Part shown: piece by piece, positions 8,506 to 17,866 of the stretch
Numbering within the stretch: position 1 is the first letter of the stretch
Layout: every line of letters starts with the position of its first letter
NCBI GenBank assembly: GCA_017857815.1
Contig: JAFMCL010000008.1
Location: forward strand, 1,774-65,773
Direction of reading: 5' to 3'
From: Flavobacteriaceae bacterium
GTDB taxonomy: Bacteria > Bacteroidota > Bacteroidia > Flavobacteriales > Flavobacteriaceae
Length of the DNA stretch: 64,000 nucleotides
The notes under the pieces: model-generated
Seen by the model: the letters and a program-made list of their open reading frames with translations, nothing else
The model's database searches: none
What the model was told of the DNA's origin: nothing
Translations under genes and position numbers: made by a program

Positions 8506-10104
8506 CTAGTTTATCTGATTTACCTTGACCATCACATGATAGCGCGGGTCGTCAATGTTTTTTTCAATTACCTTTTCCAGTCTTGGTGAAGCCTTAATCA
8601 TCAAGTTTTGACATTCCTCACTAAGATGTTGAATGGTTAGGGTTTTACCTAGCGCTTCATATTTATCAACCATTTGATAAAGAGCTTCCAAAGCAGAATG
8701 ATCACTTACCCGAGACTCCATAAAATCAATTCTCACATTTTTAGGATCATCATTCACATCAAATTTGCTTTTAAACTCTTGTATGCTCCCAAAAAATAAT
8801 GGGCCCCATATTTCATAAACCTTTGTTCCATCGTCTAAAAAGTGTTTTCTCGCTCGGATGCGTTTCGCATTTTCCCAAGCAAAAACTAGTGCGCTTATTA
8901 TAATTCCTGCGATTACGGCAACGGCAAGGTCAAAAATTACAGTAAGCGTTGAAACGCTGATTAACACCAATGCGTCGCTTAGAGGGATTTTATTTAATAT
9001 TCTAAAACTACTCCAAGCAAACGTTCCAACGACGACCATAAACATCACACCAACAAGGGCAGCGATGGGTACCTGCTCAATCAAGCTAGAAGCAAAAAGT
9101 ATAAATGCCAAAAGAGTAAGCGCTGCCACAATTCCTGACAAACGATTTCGCCCACCAGATTTGATATTTATAATGGATTGTCCGATCATCGCACATCCTC
9201 CCATTCCTCCAAAAAGACCTGTGATTATGTTTGCGCCTCCCTGAGCCACACACTCGCGGTTTGCGTTCCCTCTTGTTTCTGTAAGCTCATCGACAAGGTT
9301 AAGGGTCATTAGAGACTCTATAAGGCCAATTGCCGCGAGAATGATTGCATAGGGCGTTATGAAACTAAGGGTTTCCATATTAAGTGGAATTTTAGTAAAA
9401 ATATCCGTTTGAAATTGTGGCAAACCTCCCTCTAATCCTGTTCCTCCGCCATCGATAATAAAGCTTCCTACGGTAGCTACGTTCATGTCGCTCAACAAAA
9501 CAATTGCAGTAACCATTCCTATTGCAATCAAAGCTTCTGGTAGTTTCTTGTTTAGTTTAGGGAGAAAAAACATTATCCCCATGGTCAAAAGTACCAAGCC
9601 AATCATCATAAACAAATCTATTCCTTGCAACCATTGAGAGTTACCATCAACTACTTTTTTAAACATCCCCAATTGAGATAAAAAAATCACAATGGCCAGT
9701 CCGTTGACAAATCCCATCATTACAGAGTGTGGAATTAACCTTACAAATTTTCCTAGTTTTAATAGACCGACGACCGTTTGGATAGTTCCCATTAAAATAA
9801 CTGTGGCGAAAAGATAATACAATCCAAGGTTGTCCTCTGCAGCCCCCATACTGTTTCCTGTCGCAACAAGGCTAACCATTACTACGGCCAACGCTCCAGT
9901 GGCGCCACTGATCATTCCAGGCCTACCTCCGAAGATTGATGTAATCAAACCAATCATAAACGCAGCATATAGTCCCACAAGAGGATCTACCCCCGCCACA
10001 AAGGCAAAAGCAACTGCTTCTGGAACAAGAGCAAGCGCTACGGTTAAACCGCTAATAATATCGTTTTTGACGTTGGGAGCGGTGTCTTTAATAAGCTTTA
10101 TCAT
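8506..10104 (-). CDS. SulP/SLC26 family anion transporter (BicA-like subgroup) with STAS domain
   Basis: LVPEAVAFA, GGRPGMISGATGA, GFVNGLAI and GGMGGCAMIGQS motifs; STAS signature GPLFFGS. Confidence 0.9.
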   Translation of the reverse strand: MIKLIKDTAPNVKNDIISGLTVALALVPEAVAFAFVAGVDPLVGLYAAFMIGLITSIFGGRPGMISGATGALAVVMVSLVATGNSMGAAEDNLGLYYLFATVILMGTIQTVVGLLKLGKFVRLIPHSVMMGFVNGLAIVIFLSQLGMFKKVVDGNSQWLQGIDLFMMIGLVLLTMGIMFFLPKLNKKLPEALIAIGMVTAIVLLSDMNVATVGSFIIDGGGTGLEGGLPQFQTDIFTKIPLNMETLSFITPYAIILAAIGLIESLMTLNLVDELTETRGNANRECVAQGGANIITGLFGGMGGCAMIGQSIINIKSGGRNRLSGIVAALTLLAFILFASSLIEQVPIAALVGVMFMVVVGTFAWSSFRILNKIPLSDALVLISVSTLTVIFDLAVAVIAGIIISALVFAWENAKRIRARKHFLDDGTKVYEIWGPLFFGSIQEFKSKFDVNDDPKNVRIDFMESRVSDHSALEALYQMVDKYEALGKTLTIQHLSEECQNLMIKASPRLEKVIEKNIDDPRYHVMVKVNQIN

Positions 10105-10217
10105 ATGTATAGAAAAACTGCAAGATTAAGGCTTTTTATTCAAAAATAAGTTATTAAATTTGAGAGATTGGGGAAGTAGGAGTTCGCCTGTGGCTGTTTT
10201 AATTAGACATAAAAACT

Positions 10218-10982
10218 ATGAGAATATTTTCTACCCTTCTAATGTTATTGTTTTTAAACCTTGGCCTGAGTCAAGATTACTCCAAAGAGCTATTTGTTCA
10301 AAACAATGATACCCTGCCCTATCGAATGTTATTGCCTAAAGATTATTCTCCGCTTAAACAATATCCAATGATTGTTTTTTTGCATGGTTCGGGGGAACGA
10401 GGTCGTGATAACGAGGCGCAATTGGTTCATGGAGATTGGCTCTTTAAAACAACCGATTTTAAAAATAATTATCCTGCGATTGTTATTTTTCCACAGTGTG
10501 CAAAAAACAAGTTTTGGGCCAATCGTTCTGCTTTAAAAAGTGATCATAATGGCTCCTATCACTTTGAGGGAACTTTAACTCAAAATACGATTCTTGATCA
10601 ATTGGAATCATTGATCGAGCAATTAGAAAATACGCTTTCAGTAAATAAAAAGAAAATATACATCGGCGGGTTGTCAATGGGTGGAATGGGAACCTTTGAA
10701 ATGGTCGCTAGAAATCCAACCAAATTTGCTGCAGCATTCCCAATTTGTGGAGGAACAAATGTTCGCTTTGCCAGTTTAATGAAAGACACTCCCTTTTGGA
10801 TTTTTCATGGAGAAGCAGACACCGTTGTGCCAGTAACTTATTCTAAAGAAATATATGAGGCTTTGAAAGCTTTAGATGCTGAAGTTGAGTTGACGCTTTA
10901 TCCTGAAGCTGGGCACGACAGCTGGAACAATGTTTTTAAAGAACCTGGACTTATGCCTTGGGTTTTTAAACACTCGCGCTAG
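10218..10982 (+). CDS. Exported alpha/beta-hydrolase (phospholipase/carboxylesterase-like)
   Basis: VFLHGSGERG, nucleophile GLSMGG, FHGEAD and GHDSW; signal peptide. Confidence 0.85.
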   Translation: MRIFSTLLMLLFLNLGLSQDYSKELFVQNNDTLPYRMLLPKDYSPLKQYPMIVFLHGSGERGRDNEAQLVHGDWLFKTTDFKNNYPAIVIFPQCAKNKFWANRSALKSDHNGSYHFEGTLTQNTILDQLESLIEQLENTLSVNKKKIYIGGLSMGGMGTFEMVARNPTKFAAAFPICGGTNVRFASLMKDTPFWIFHGEADTVVPVTYSKEIYEALKALDAEVELTLYPEAGHDSWNNVFKEPGLMPWVFKHSR

Positions 10983-10991
10983 TTCAATCAA

Positions 10992-11231
10992 ATGGAAAGT
11001 GTTGTTAAGGATTATGCGAAAAAAGTAATCCCAAACGCTAAAATAATTAGAGTGGGGCAAAGCTCAAATACGATTAAGGTTTGGGTCAATTCCCCAGCCA
11101 TAAATGGAAAAGCAAACAAAGCTGTGCTTAAACTTTTAGCAGATCATTTTAAGGTGAAATCCAAGGAAATATCGATTCTAAAAGGTGAAAAATCTCCAAT
11201 GAAAATCATTCGTGTTGATTCTGTAAATTAA
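10992..11231 (+). CDS. DUF167/YggU family protein
   Basis: KVIPNAK, KVWVNSPAINGKANKAV..LA..F and I.KGEKS..K pattern. Confidence 0.75.
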   Translation: MESVVKDYAKKVIPNAKIIRVGQSSNTIKVWVNSPAINGKANKAVLKLLADHFKVKSKEISILKGEKSPMKIIRVDSVN

Positions 11232-11287
11232 TTTGGGAATTGAAGGTCGAATTTATATCTTAATACCTTTCTAAATTTATTATAAAA

Positions 11288-12145
11288 ATGCAAGCTTTTA
11301 AAAAAATTCTTATCGGTTTTGCTTTCTCTCCAAATCTCAAGGCAAATGTCTATGAAGCCTTACGAATGGCTTTCTTTTTTGATGCGGAATTAACCTTTGT
11401 ACATGTAGGAGAAAAGACGCCAGAAAAAGAAACCCGCTTTGAGAGATTGCTTCATTCTTGTACCATCCAACCTAAAAAAATTTCTATTCACTGGAAACAG
11501 GGAAAGCCCATACAAACACTACTTCAAGCTTGTGATGATTTTGAGGTAGATTTATTACTCCTCGGGGCACTCAAAAGAGAAAACGTTTTAAAATTTTATT
11601 TGGGTTCTATTGCCAGAAAAATAACGCGGAAAGCAAAGTGCTCTGTAATGCTCTTAATTAATCCGTCTGTAGAACGACACCCCTGTGAACACATTGTCGT
11701 CAATGGTTTTGACAGTCCCCAAACAAAAGATACCATAGAAGTTGCGTTTATTGTTGCCAAGGCATTTGGAACTACCAAGATCACACTTGTAGAAGAAATA
11801 AGCCGATCTAAAGTTGCCGTAAGTGTAGATGATGACCGAAGTTTGCGTAAGGCAACATTAAGAAAAGAACGACTAAGAAGGCAAGAACAAATTCGAGTGC
11901 GTGATGTTGTAAAAAAACTCCCCGCCGAAATCAAAAAAGATGTTAATTGGGTCACCCAAAGTATTTTTGGTAGAAGGGGATATTCCATTGGCCACTATGC
12001 AAGAATTGTGAGATCAGACCTTTTGATTATGAACGCCCAAGAAAACTCAAGTTTTTTTGATCGTTTCTTTCCGCGTGACTTGGGTCATATTTTAGCCGAA
12101 TTACCCACAGATGTGTTAATTGTTAATTCCAAGAAGCGTGCATAA
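11288..12145 (+). CDS. Universal stress protein (tandem USP domains)
   Basis: FKKILIGFAFS, VHV, DLLLLGA..GSIARKITRKAKCSV; second domain ends LPTDVLIV. Confidence 0.85.
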   Translation: MQAFKKILIGFAFSPNLKANVYEALRMAFFFDAELTFVHVGEKTPEKETRFERLLHSCTIQPKKISIHWKQGKPIQTLLQACDDFEVDLLLLGALKRENVLKFYLGSIARKITRKAKCSVMLLINPSVERHPCEHIVVNGFDSPQTKDTIEVAFIVAKAFGTTKITLVEEISRSKVAVSVDDDRSLRKATLRKERLRRQEQIRVRDVVKKLPAEIKKDVNWVTQSIFGRRGYSIGHYARIVRSDLLIMNAQENSSFFDRFFPRDLGHILAELPTDVLIVNSKKRA

Positions 12146-14357
12146 AGTCAGTCCTATTAAAACCTTTTTCACAGGTCTTCCAAAAAACATCTTTTCGGGA
12201 TTTGTGGTTTCGCTTATTGCTCTTCCACTAGGGCTAGGCCTTGCAATTGCTTCTGAGGCTCCTCCTATGGCGGGAATTATTTCTGCCATTGCTGGTGGGG
12301 TAATTGTTTCGATTTTGGGAGGTTCAAACCTAACCATTACTGGTCCTGGCAACGGGTTGGTAATCGTAATCTTGGCGGCTATTGTCGGCCTTGGAGGCGA
12401 GGATCTATACCAAGGTTATCTTTTCACACTTGCCGCAATTATGGTTTCCGGCTTATTCTTATTTCTTTTTGGGATTTTCAGACTTGGAGGATTAAGTGAA
12501 TTTTTTCCCTCTTCTGCCCTTCAAGGGATGTTGGCCGCCATTGGGGTAGGAATTTTAGCAAAACAGTTTCATGTGATGCTCGGATTTACCTCCGTAAAAG
12601 GCGATACGATCAATCAACTAATTCTTTTTCCTGATTCCATAAGATTACTATTTACAAGCTCTTCTGGCCAAGTTGTTTTGGCTGCTGCCATTGGAATACT
12701 AAGCCTGGTGTTTCTCTTTTTATATTCTAGAATAAGAAATCCTTTATTTCACCTTATACCAGCTCCAATGTGGGTTGTGGTTGGCTCTATTGCCGTATCC
12801 TATTATTATGAGTTTGTACTTAACAACCCAAGCCCTTTAAGCCCAAATTTAATGATTCTACTTCCCGAAAATTTATTGGGTTCTATTCCAAGTCCAGATT
12901 TTGGAAAATTGTTTAGTATCGAGTTTTTTGGTTTCGCATTATCCATCACCCTTGTTGCCGTAATTGAATCCCTTTTAAGCATAAAAGCTGTTGATAAACT
13001 CGATCCGCTCAAAAGAAGGTCGAACATAAATAAAGATCTTAGAGCATTAGGGGTGGCAACGATGGTGAGCGGATACTTCGGAGGATTAAACGTAGTTACG
13101 GTTATTGCCAGGAGCTCTGTCAATGTAAATAATGGGGGAAATAATCGTTCCGCCAACTTCTTCCACGCCGCTTTTTTAATTGCTTTTATTCTGCTTTTTG
13201 CGCCTCAAATTCAAAGAATTCCACTTCCCGCTTTGGCAGCAATATTGGTTTATACTGGCTATCGATTGGCCGCTCCAGAAAATTTATTAAAAATATATAA
13301 AATCGGAAGAGAACAGGCTTTCATATTTATCGTTACTCTTTTTGCAACGCTTTTTACCAGTTTAATTAGTGGAATTCTGATTGGTATTGTCTCTACTTTT
13401 TTGATTCATCTGGTGTTGAACAAAAGTAAAAATTTATTTAGTCGAAATTGGCTTAAGCCAAACGTGCTGATGTATCTCGAACAAGGCACAGGAAACTATT
13501 ATGTTAGTGTGAAAAACTTCTGTAGTTTTTTAAACTTTTTTAAGCTGAAAGCCAAATTGGATGAAATTCCCGAAAATGAGCATGCCATTGTTGATTTTTC
13601 GCTTTGTGAGTTTGTAGATCATACTGTAATGGAGGGGTTGAGCGACTACAGCAGAAGCTTTTCTAGAAAGGGTGGTAACTTTGAAATTATCGGCTTAGAT
13701 ATACATGCTGCTGAAACTGATCATCCTTTTGCCGTTCGGAAAACACTTCCAGAGCGTTCGTTTCTTAATTTTAGTCTTTCGCTAACCAAAAGACAAACGC
13801 TTTTACAAAAACTTTCTCAAAAATTAGATTGGTTTTACCTTCCAGACCCCATTGATAGTTTTGGAGATCTAGATCGATTTTTGTTTTTTAAAACCAAATC
13901 CATTAACTACAAATACAATAATTTAAATAGCAAAAATGATGAATCTCAACTTTTTGATTTGTCGTTTAGCGAAGGTGCGTTTATTGCTAAAGAGGATTTA
14001 AAATCTACATTTTTACAAGTTAAATCTCCAATAGAAATGCCTGTTTTTGTTCTGAACAAAGAAAACATAATGACCTCTATTTTTAATTTGGTCGGGTTTG
14101 AAGACATCAACTTTAAGGAACATCCTGATTTTTCAGGAAGATTTCACCTCAATGGTGAAAACAAAGAAGAAATTAAATCCTTTTTCTGCGACGATATTAT
14201 CTATTTCTTTGAAAGTCACCCTACCTACTATTTGGAGTCTAGGGGAGACAGTCTTCTTATAAAAGACAAAGAAAGGTTGGCCAGTATTCAAGAAATAAAA
14301 CGGATGATGGCTTTCTCTGAGGAGCTCTTAAGAATATTACGAAACAAAAACGTTTAG
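12138..14357 (+). CDS. SulP family anion transporter with STAS domain and a ~190-aa C-terminal extension
   Basis: LIALPLGLGLAIAS, TITGPGNG, IESLLS..AVDKLDP and VTVIARSSVN motifs; STAS segment VDFSLCEFVDHT. GTG 12138 overlaps the USP stop (GTGCATAA). Confidence 0.85.
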   Translation: MHKVSPIKTFFTGLPKNIFSGFVVSLIALPLGLGLAIASEAPPMAGIISAIAGGVIVSILGGSNLTITGPGNGLVIVILAAIVGLGGEDLYQGYLFTLAAIMVSGLFLFLFGIFRLGGLSEFFPSSALQGMLAAIGVGILAKQFHVMLGFTSVKGDTINQLILFPDSIRLLFTSSSGQVVLAAAIGILSLVFLFLYSRIRNPLFHLIPAPMWVVVGSIAVSYYYEFVLNNPSPLSPNLMILLPENLLGSIPSPDFGKLFSIEFFGFALSITLVAVIESLLSIKAVDKLDPLKRRSNINKDLRALGVATMVSGYFGGLNVVTVIARSSVNVNNGGNNRSANFFHAAFLIAFILLFAPQIQRIPLPALAAILVYTGYRLAAPENLLKIYKIGREQAFIFIVTLFATLFTSLISGILIGIVSTFLIHLVLNKSKNLFSRNWLKPNVLMYLEQGTGNYYVSVKNFCSFLNFFKLKAKLDEIPENEHAIVDFSLCEFVDHTVMEGLSDYSRSFSRKGGNFEIIGLDIHAAETDHPFAVRKTLPERSFLNFSLSLTKRQTLLQKLSQKLDWFYLPDPIDSFGDLDRFLFFKTKSINYKYNNLNSKNDESQLFDLSFSEGAFIAKEDLKSTFLQVKSPIEMPVFVLNKENIMTSIFNLVGFEDINFKEHPDFSGRFHLNGENKEEIKSFFCDDIIYFFESHPTYYLESRGDSLLIKDKERLASIQEIKRMMAFSEELLRILRNKNV

Positions 14358-14417
14358 ATTAAATGCCCATATTCTGAAATAACATAAATTTATATATTAA
14401 TTAAAACATATAATCTT

Positions 14418-15404
14418 ATGAATGTGATTTTGAAATTCCTCTTGGCTTTTGTCGTTGGTTTTTCCTTTGCCTCATTAGAAGCGCAAAAAAAGACCATTGG
14501 TTCTGTTGAAAGACTTTCTGCGGAAATTGAGCAATTTGTTCCTCAAGATGCCATAATTGAAATTCTTGCCGAGGGATTTGACTGGTCAGAAGGTCCAGTT
14601 TGGGTCGAAGAACTCGGTGCTGTGTTATTTTCGGATGTGCCTAATAACACCATTTATCAATGGGATGAAAAAAAAGGGCTTCAGGTATTTAGAAATCCAA
14701 GTGGGTTTACCAATATTGTTCCCAACTCCAAGGAGCAGGGTTCTAATGGCCTAACGCTAGATGCAAACAACAAGTTAATTATCTGCATGCATGGCGATCG
14801 AAGAATTGCCAGATTAGACGATTGGAATAAAAATGATTTTACAACAGTCGTGGGAGAGTTTGAGGGAAAGCTTTTTAACAGTCCTAATGATTTGGTCTAT
14901 TCGAGGAATGGTGATTTATATTTTACGGATCCGCCTTATGGTTTTAAGAATGGCGACAAAGATTCGCTTAAACAAATTCCTTTTAATGGTGTTTATAAGC
15001 TTTCTCAAGCTGGAAAATTGTCCTTACTCGTTAAGGATTTAGAGCGCCCTAATGGAATCGCTTTGTCAAATGACGAATCAATCCTTTATGTTACAAATTC
15101 TCATGCGGGTAATCCTGGAATTATGGCTTATGAGTTGAAAGCCGATGGCGTGAGTAATGGTCGTCTTTTCTTTGATGGAAAAGCTTTGTCTAAAAAGGAT
15201 AAAGGAAGTTTTGATGGTTTAAAAATTCATCCTTCTGGTACCATTTTTACAACTGGTCCTGGAGGTGTATTGGTAATTAATGACAAGGGGACACATTTGG
15301 GAACCATTAGAACTGAAGTTCGTTCCGCAAACTGTGCTTTTAGCCCTGACTTTAAGACCCTTTACATGACATCTGACAATTATCTTACTCGTATAAAATT
15401 ATGA
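14418..15404 (+). CDS. SMP-30/gluconolactonase/LRE family protein
   Basis: WSEGPVW, GSNGL, FNSPNDL, YFTDPPYG, PNGIALS and DGLK motifs; signal peptide. Confidence 0.9.
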   Translation: MNVILKFLLAFVVGFSFASLEAQKKTIGSVERLSAEIEQFVPQDAIIEILAEGFDWSEGPVWVEELGAVLFSDVPNNTIYQWDEKKGLQVFRNPSGFTNIVPNSKEQGSNGLTLDANNKLIICMHGDRRIARLDDWNKNDFTTVVGEFEGKLFNSPNDLVYSRNGDLYFTDPPYGFKNGDKDSLKQIPFNGVYKLSQAGKLSLLVKDLERPNGIALSNDESILYVTNSHAGNPGIMAYELKADGVSNGRLFFDGKALSKKDKGSFDGLKIHPSGTIFTTGPGGVLVINDKGTHLGTIRTEVRSANCAFSPDFKTLYMTSDNYLTRIKL

Positions 15405-16252
15405 TTTTACACACCATTGAGTGCGGTAATTTTAAACTCGATGGCGGTGCTATGTTTGGTGTTGTCCCCAAGCCTCTTTGGGAAAGAACAAATCCTGCAG
15501 ATGCGCAAAACAGAATCGAGATGGCGGCGCGATCTCTACTAATTGAAGATGGAGATAGATTGATCCTAATTGACACAGGGATGGGAGAAAAACAAAATGA
15601 AAAGTTTTTTGGTTATTACGCTTTGTGGGGGGATTTTACTTTAGAAGGTTCTTTAAAAGCGAAGGGGTTTCATCCGGATGATGTCACCGATGTTTTTTTC
15701 ACACACTTGCACTTTGATCATTGTGGCGGTGGTATAAAAAAGAAGGAAAATGGAATCCTTGAAACAACTTTTAAGAACGCAACTTACTGGTCACACAAGG
15801 GTCACTGGGAATGGGCAATGAAACCTAATGTTAGAGAAAAAGCATCTTTTTTATCCGAAAACATCTTACCGATTAAAGAATCTGGTCAGTTAAAGCTCTT
15901 GGAGGGTGAGGACTTTTTAATGAAAGACACGCCGCTTGGATTTGACATAATAATCATCAATGGACATACCGAAAAACAAATGTTACCTGTTATAAATTAT
16001 AAAAATGAAACCGTTGTTTTTGCGGCAGACTTAATCCCAACTGCTGGGCATTTGCCCATTCCGTATGTGATGGGTTATGATACAAGACCACTATTGACCC
16101 TAGAAGAAAAAGAATATTTCCTTAATCTTGCAGAAGAAAAAAAATATTTGCTTTTTCTGGAACATGACCCCAACAATGAGTTGATCTCGTTGCGTCAGAC
16201 CAAAAAAGGAATACGCTTAAATGAACAACACCGTCTAAATTCTTTTTTTTAA
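15401..16252 (+). CDS. MBL-fold metallo-hydrolase (YtnP-like)
   Basis: FKLDGGAMFG, THLHFDHCGG, GHT and HDP motifs. Confidence 0.9.
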   Translation: MILHTIECGNFKLDGGAMFGVVPKPLWERTNPADAQNRIEMAARSLLIEDGDRLILIDTGMGEKQNEKFFGYYALWGDFTLEGSLKAKGFHPDDVTDVFFTHLHFDHCGGGIKKKENGILETTFKNATYWSHKGHWEWAMKPNVREKASFLSENILPIKESGQLKLLEGEDFLMKDTPLGFDIIIINGHTEKQMLPVINYKNETVVFAADLIPTAGHLPIPYVMGYDTRPLLTLEEKEYFLNLAEEKKYLLFLEHDPNNELISLRQTKKGIRLNEQHRLNSFF

Positions 16253-17866
16253 ATGAAAAGTAAATTACCTCGCCTTAAAAAAAGTGTTTTTCTTTTGCTT
16301 GCCCCTTTCGTTTTGTCCTGTGTAGGATTAAAGTTTACAGCAAATGAATTAAAAATACCCCCTAATTTCGAAGGAAAAAAAGCAGCTCTTAATGACGCAC
16401 AAAAGAAACATTGGCACCTATTAGATTTGGCAAAAGACAGTGTTCCTGGAATGAGTGTGGAGCGTGCTTATAAGGAGTTAATTAAAGACAATAAAGGCGA
16501 GAAAGTCATTGTTGCTGTCATTGATTCTGGCGTGGACATTGATCATCGTGAATTGAATGAATCCATTTGGGTTAATTCGGGAGAAGTTCCAAACAATGGC
16601 ATAGACGACGATAATAATGGTTACATAGACGATATTCACGGGTGGAACTTCTTGGGAAAAATTACTAAAGAAAACATGGAAGTTGTTCGGTTACAGAAAA
16701 AAGAAATTCCTGGGTCTGATGCCTTTAATAAACTGGAAAAAGCCAGAAAAGAAAGCCTCTTGAAAAAAGAACTTGAGCTTGTTGAAATCAATTATATGAT
16801 TGACAAAGCAAAAGTCTCGGACAGTATTTTAAGCATTGCATTAAACAAAAAAAGCTACTTACTTGAGGAGGCTGAAGAAATATCTCCCAAAACCTTTTCC
16901 GTTATGGAAGCGATAATATTTCAACGCTTTTTAACAGAGAGAAATCTAACGCTTAATAAACTTAAAAAATATGCTGAGGGCACAAAAACCGGAATTGAAG
17001 CACATTATAACATTGATTTTGACGGTCGTTCTTTGTTGGGAGACAACCCGGAGGACATCGATGATCTTGGTTATGGAGATCCTAAGGTGATGGGGCCTGA
17101 TAAAAAAGATGCTGATCATGGGACACACGTGGCTGGGATTATTGCCGCTAAGAGGGATGATAATTCGGGCAGTAAAGGAATTGCTAAGAATATCGAAATA
17201 ATGGTTTTAAGGGCCGTTCCTGATGGGGACGAATACGACAAGGATGTTGCTCTTGCGATTCGATATGCCGTTGATAACGGTGCGAGGATTATCAATACCA
17301 GTTTTGGAAAGGGACAGTCCCCTCATGTTGAATGGGTTTGGGATGCGCTAAAGCATGCTGAAAAAAAGGATGTGTTGGTAATTAATGCAGCAGGTAATAG
17401 TGGGAAAAATGTTGATCCAGGATATGATAAATCCTTTATAACTGACGAAAAAGATGGGGTCGAAATTGTTTCTAACTTTATCACCGTTGGAGCCTCCAGC
17501 TCCTCCTACGGGGAAGATCAAATCGCAAGTTTTTCAAATTTTGGAAAGAAAAATGTTGATGTGTTCGCTCCTGGAGATGCCATTTGGTCATCAGTTCCCA
17601 ATGACCGTTTTGACTTTTTTGACGGGACATCAATGGCAGCGCCAAATGTTAGCGGTGTTGCTGCAGTGTTGCGTTCTTATTTTCCAAAAATTTCGGCCTC
17701 TGAAATAAAACAAATACTAATAAAATCAGGTTTACCGATCTATTATCAAATATTAGATCCTGAAAAAGGTGGATTAATCTCTCCTAATAAGATTTCAAGG
17801 TCTGGTAAAATGGTAAATTTGTACAATGCGCTAATTTTTGCTTCAAATAAATTATATAAAAAATGA
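16253..17866 (+). CDS. S8 (subtilisin) family serine peptidase, lipoprotein
   Basis: Catalytic triad VIDSG / HGTHVAG / GTSMAAP, AAGN oxyanion motif, lipobox VLSC. Confidence 0.92.
   Translation: MKSKLPRLKKSVFLLLAPFVLSCVGLKFTANELKIPPNFEGKKAALNDAQKKHWHLLDLAKDSVPGMSVERAYKELIKDNKGEKVIVAVIDSGVDIDHRELNESIWVNSGEVPNNGIDDDNNGYIDDIHGWNFLGKITKENMEVVRLQKKEIPGSDAFNKLEKARKESLLKKELELVEINYMIDKAKVSDSILSIALNKKSYLLEEAEEISPKTFSVMEAIIFQRFLTERNLTLNKLKKYAEGTKTGIEAHYNIDFDGRSLLGDNPEDIDDLGYGDPKVMGPDKKDADHGTHVAGIIAAKRDDNSGSKGIAKNIEIMVLRAVPDGDEYDKDVALAIRYAVDNGARIINTSFGKGQSPHVEWVWDALKHAEKKDVLVINAAGNSGKNVDPGYDKSFITDEKDGVEIVSNFITVGASSSSYGEDQIASFSNFGKKNVDVFAPGDAIWSSVPNDRFDFFDGTSMAAPNVSGVAAVLRSYFPKISASEIKQILIKSGLPIYYQILDPEKGGLISPNKISRSGKMVNLYNALIFASNKLYKK

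Noticed and set aside
16243..16250. Homopolymer T/A runs (here and at e.g. 1004-1011, 42257-42265) as phase-variation tracts
   Set aside because: Such runs are common in this AT-rich DNA, and none breaks a reading frame.
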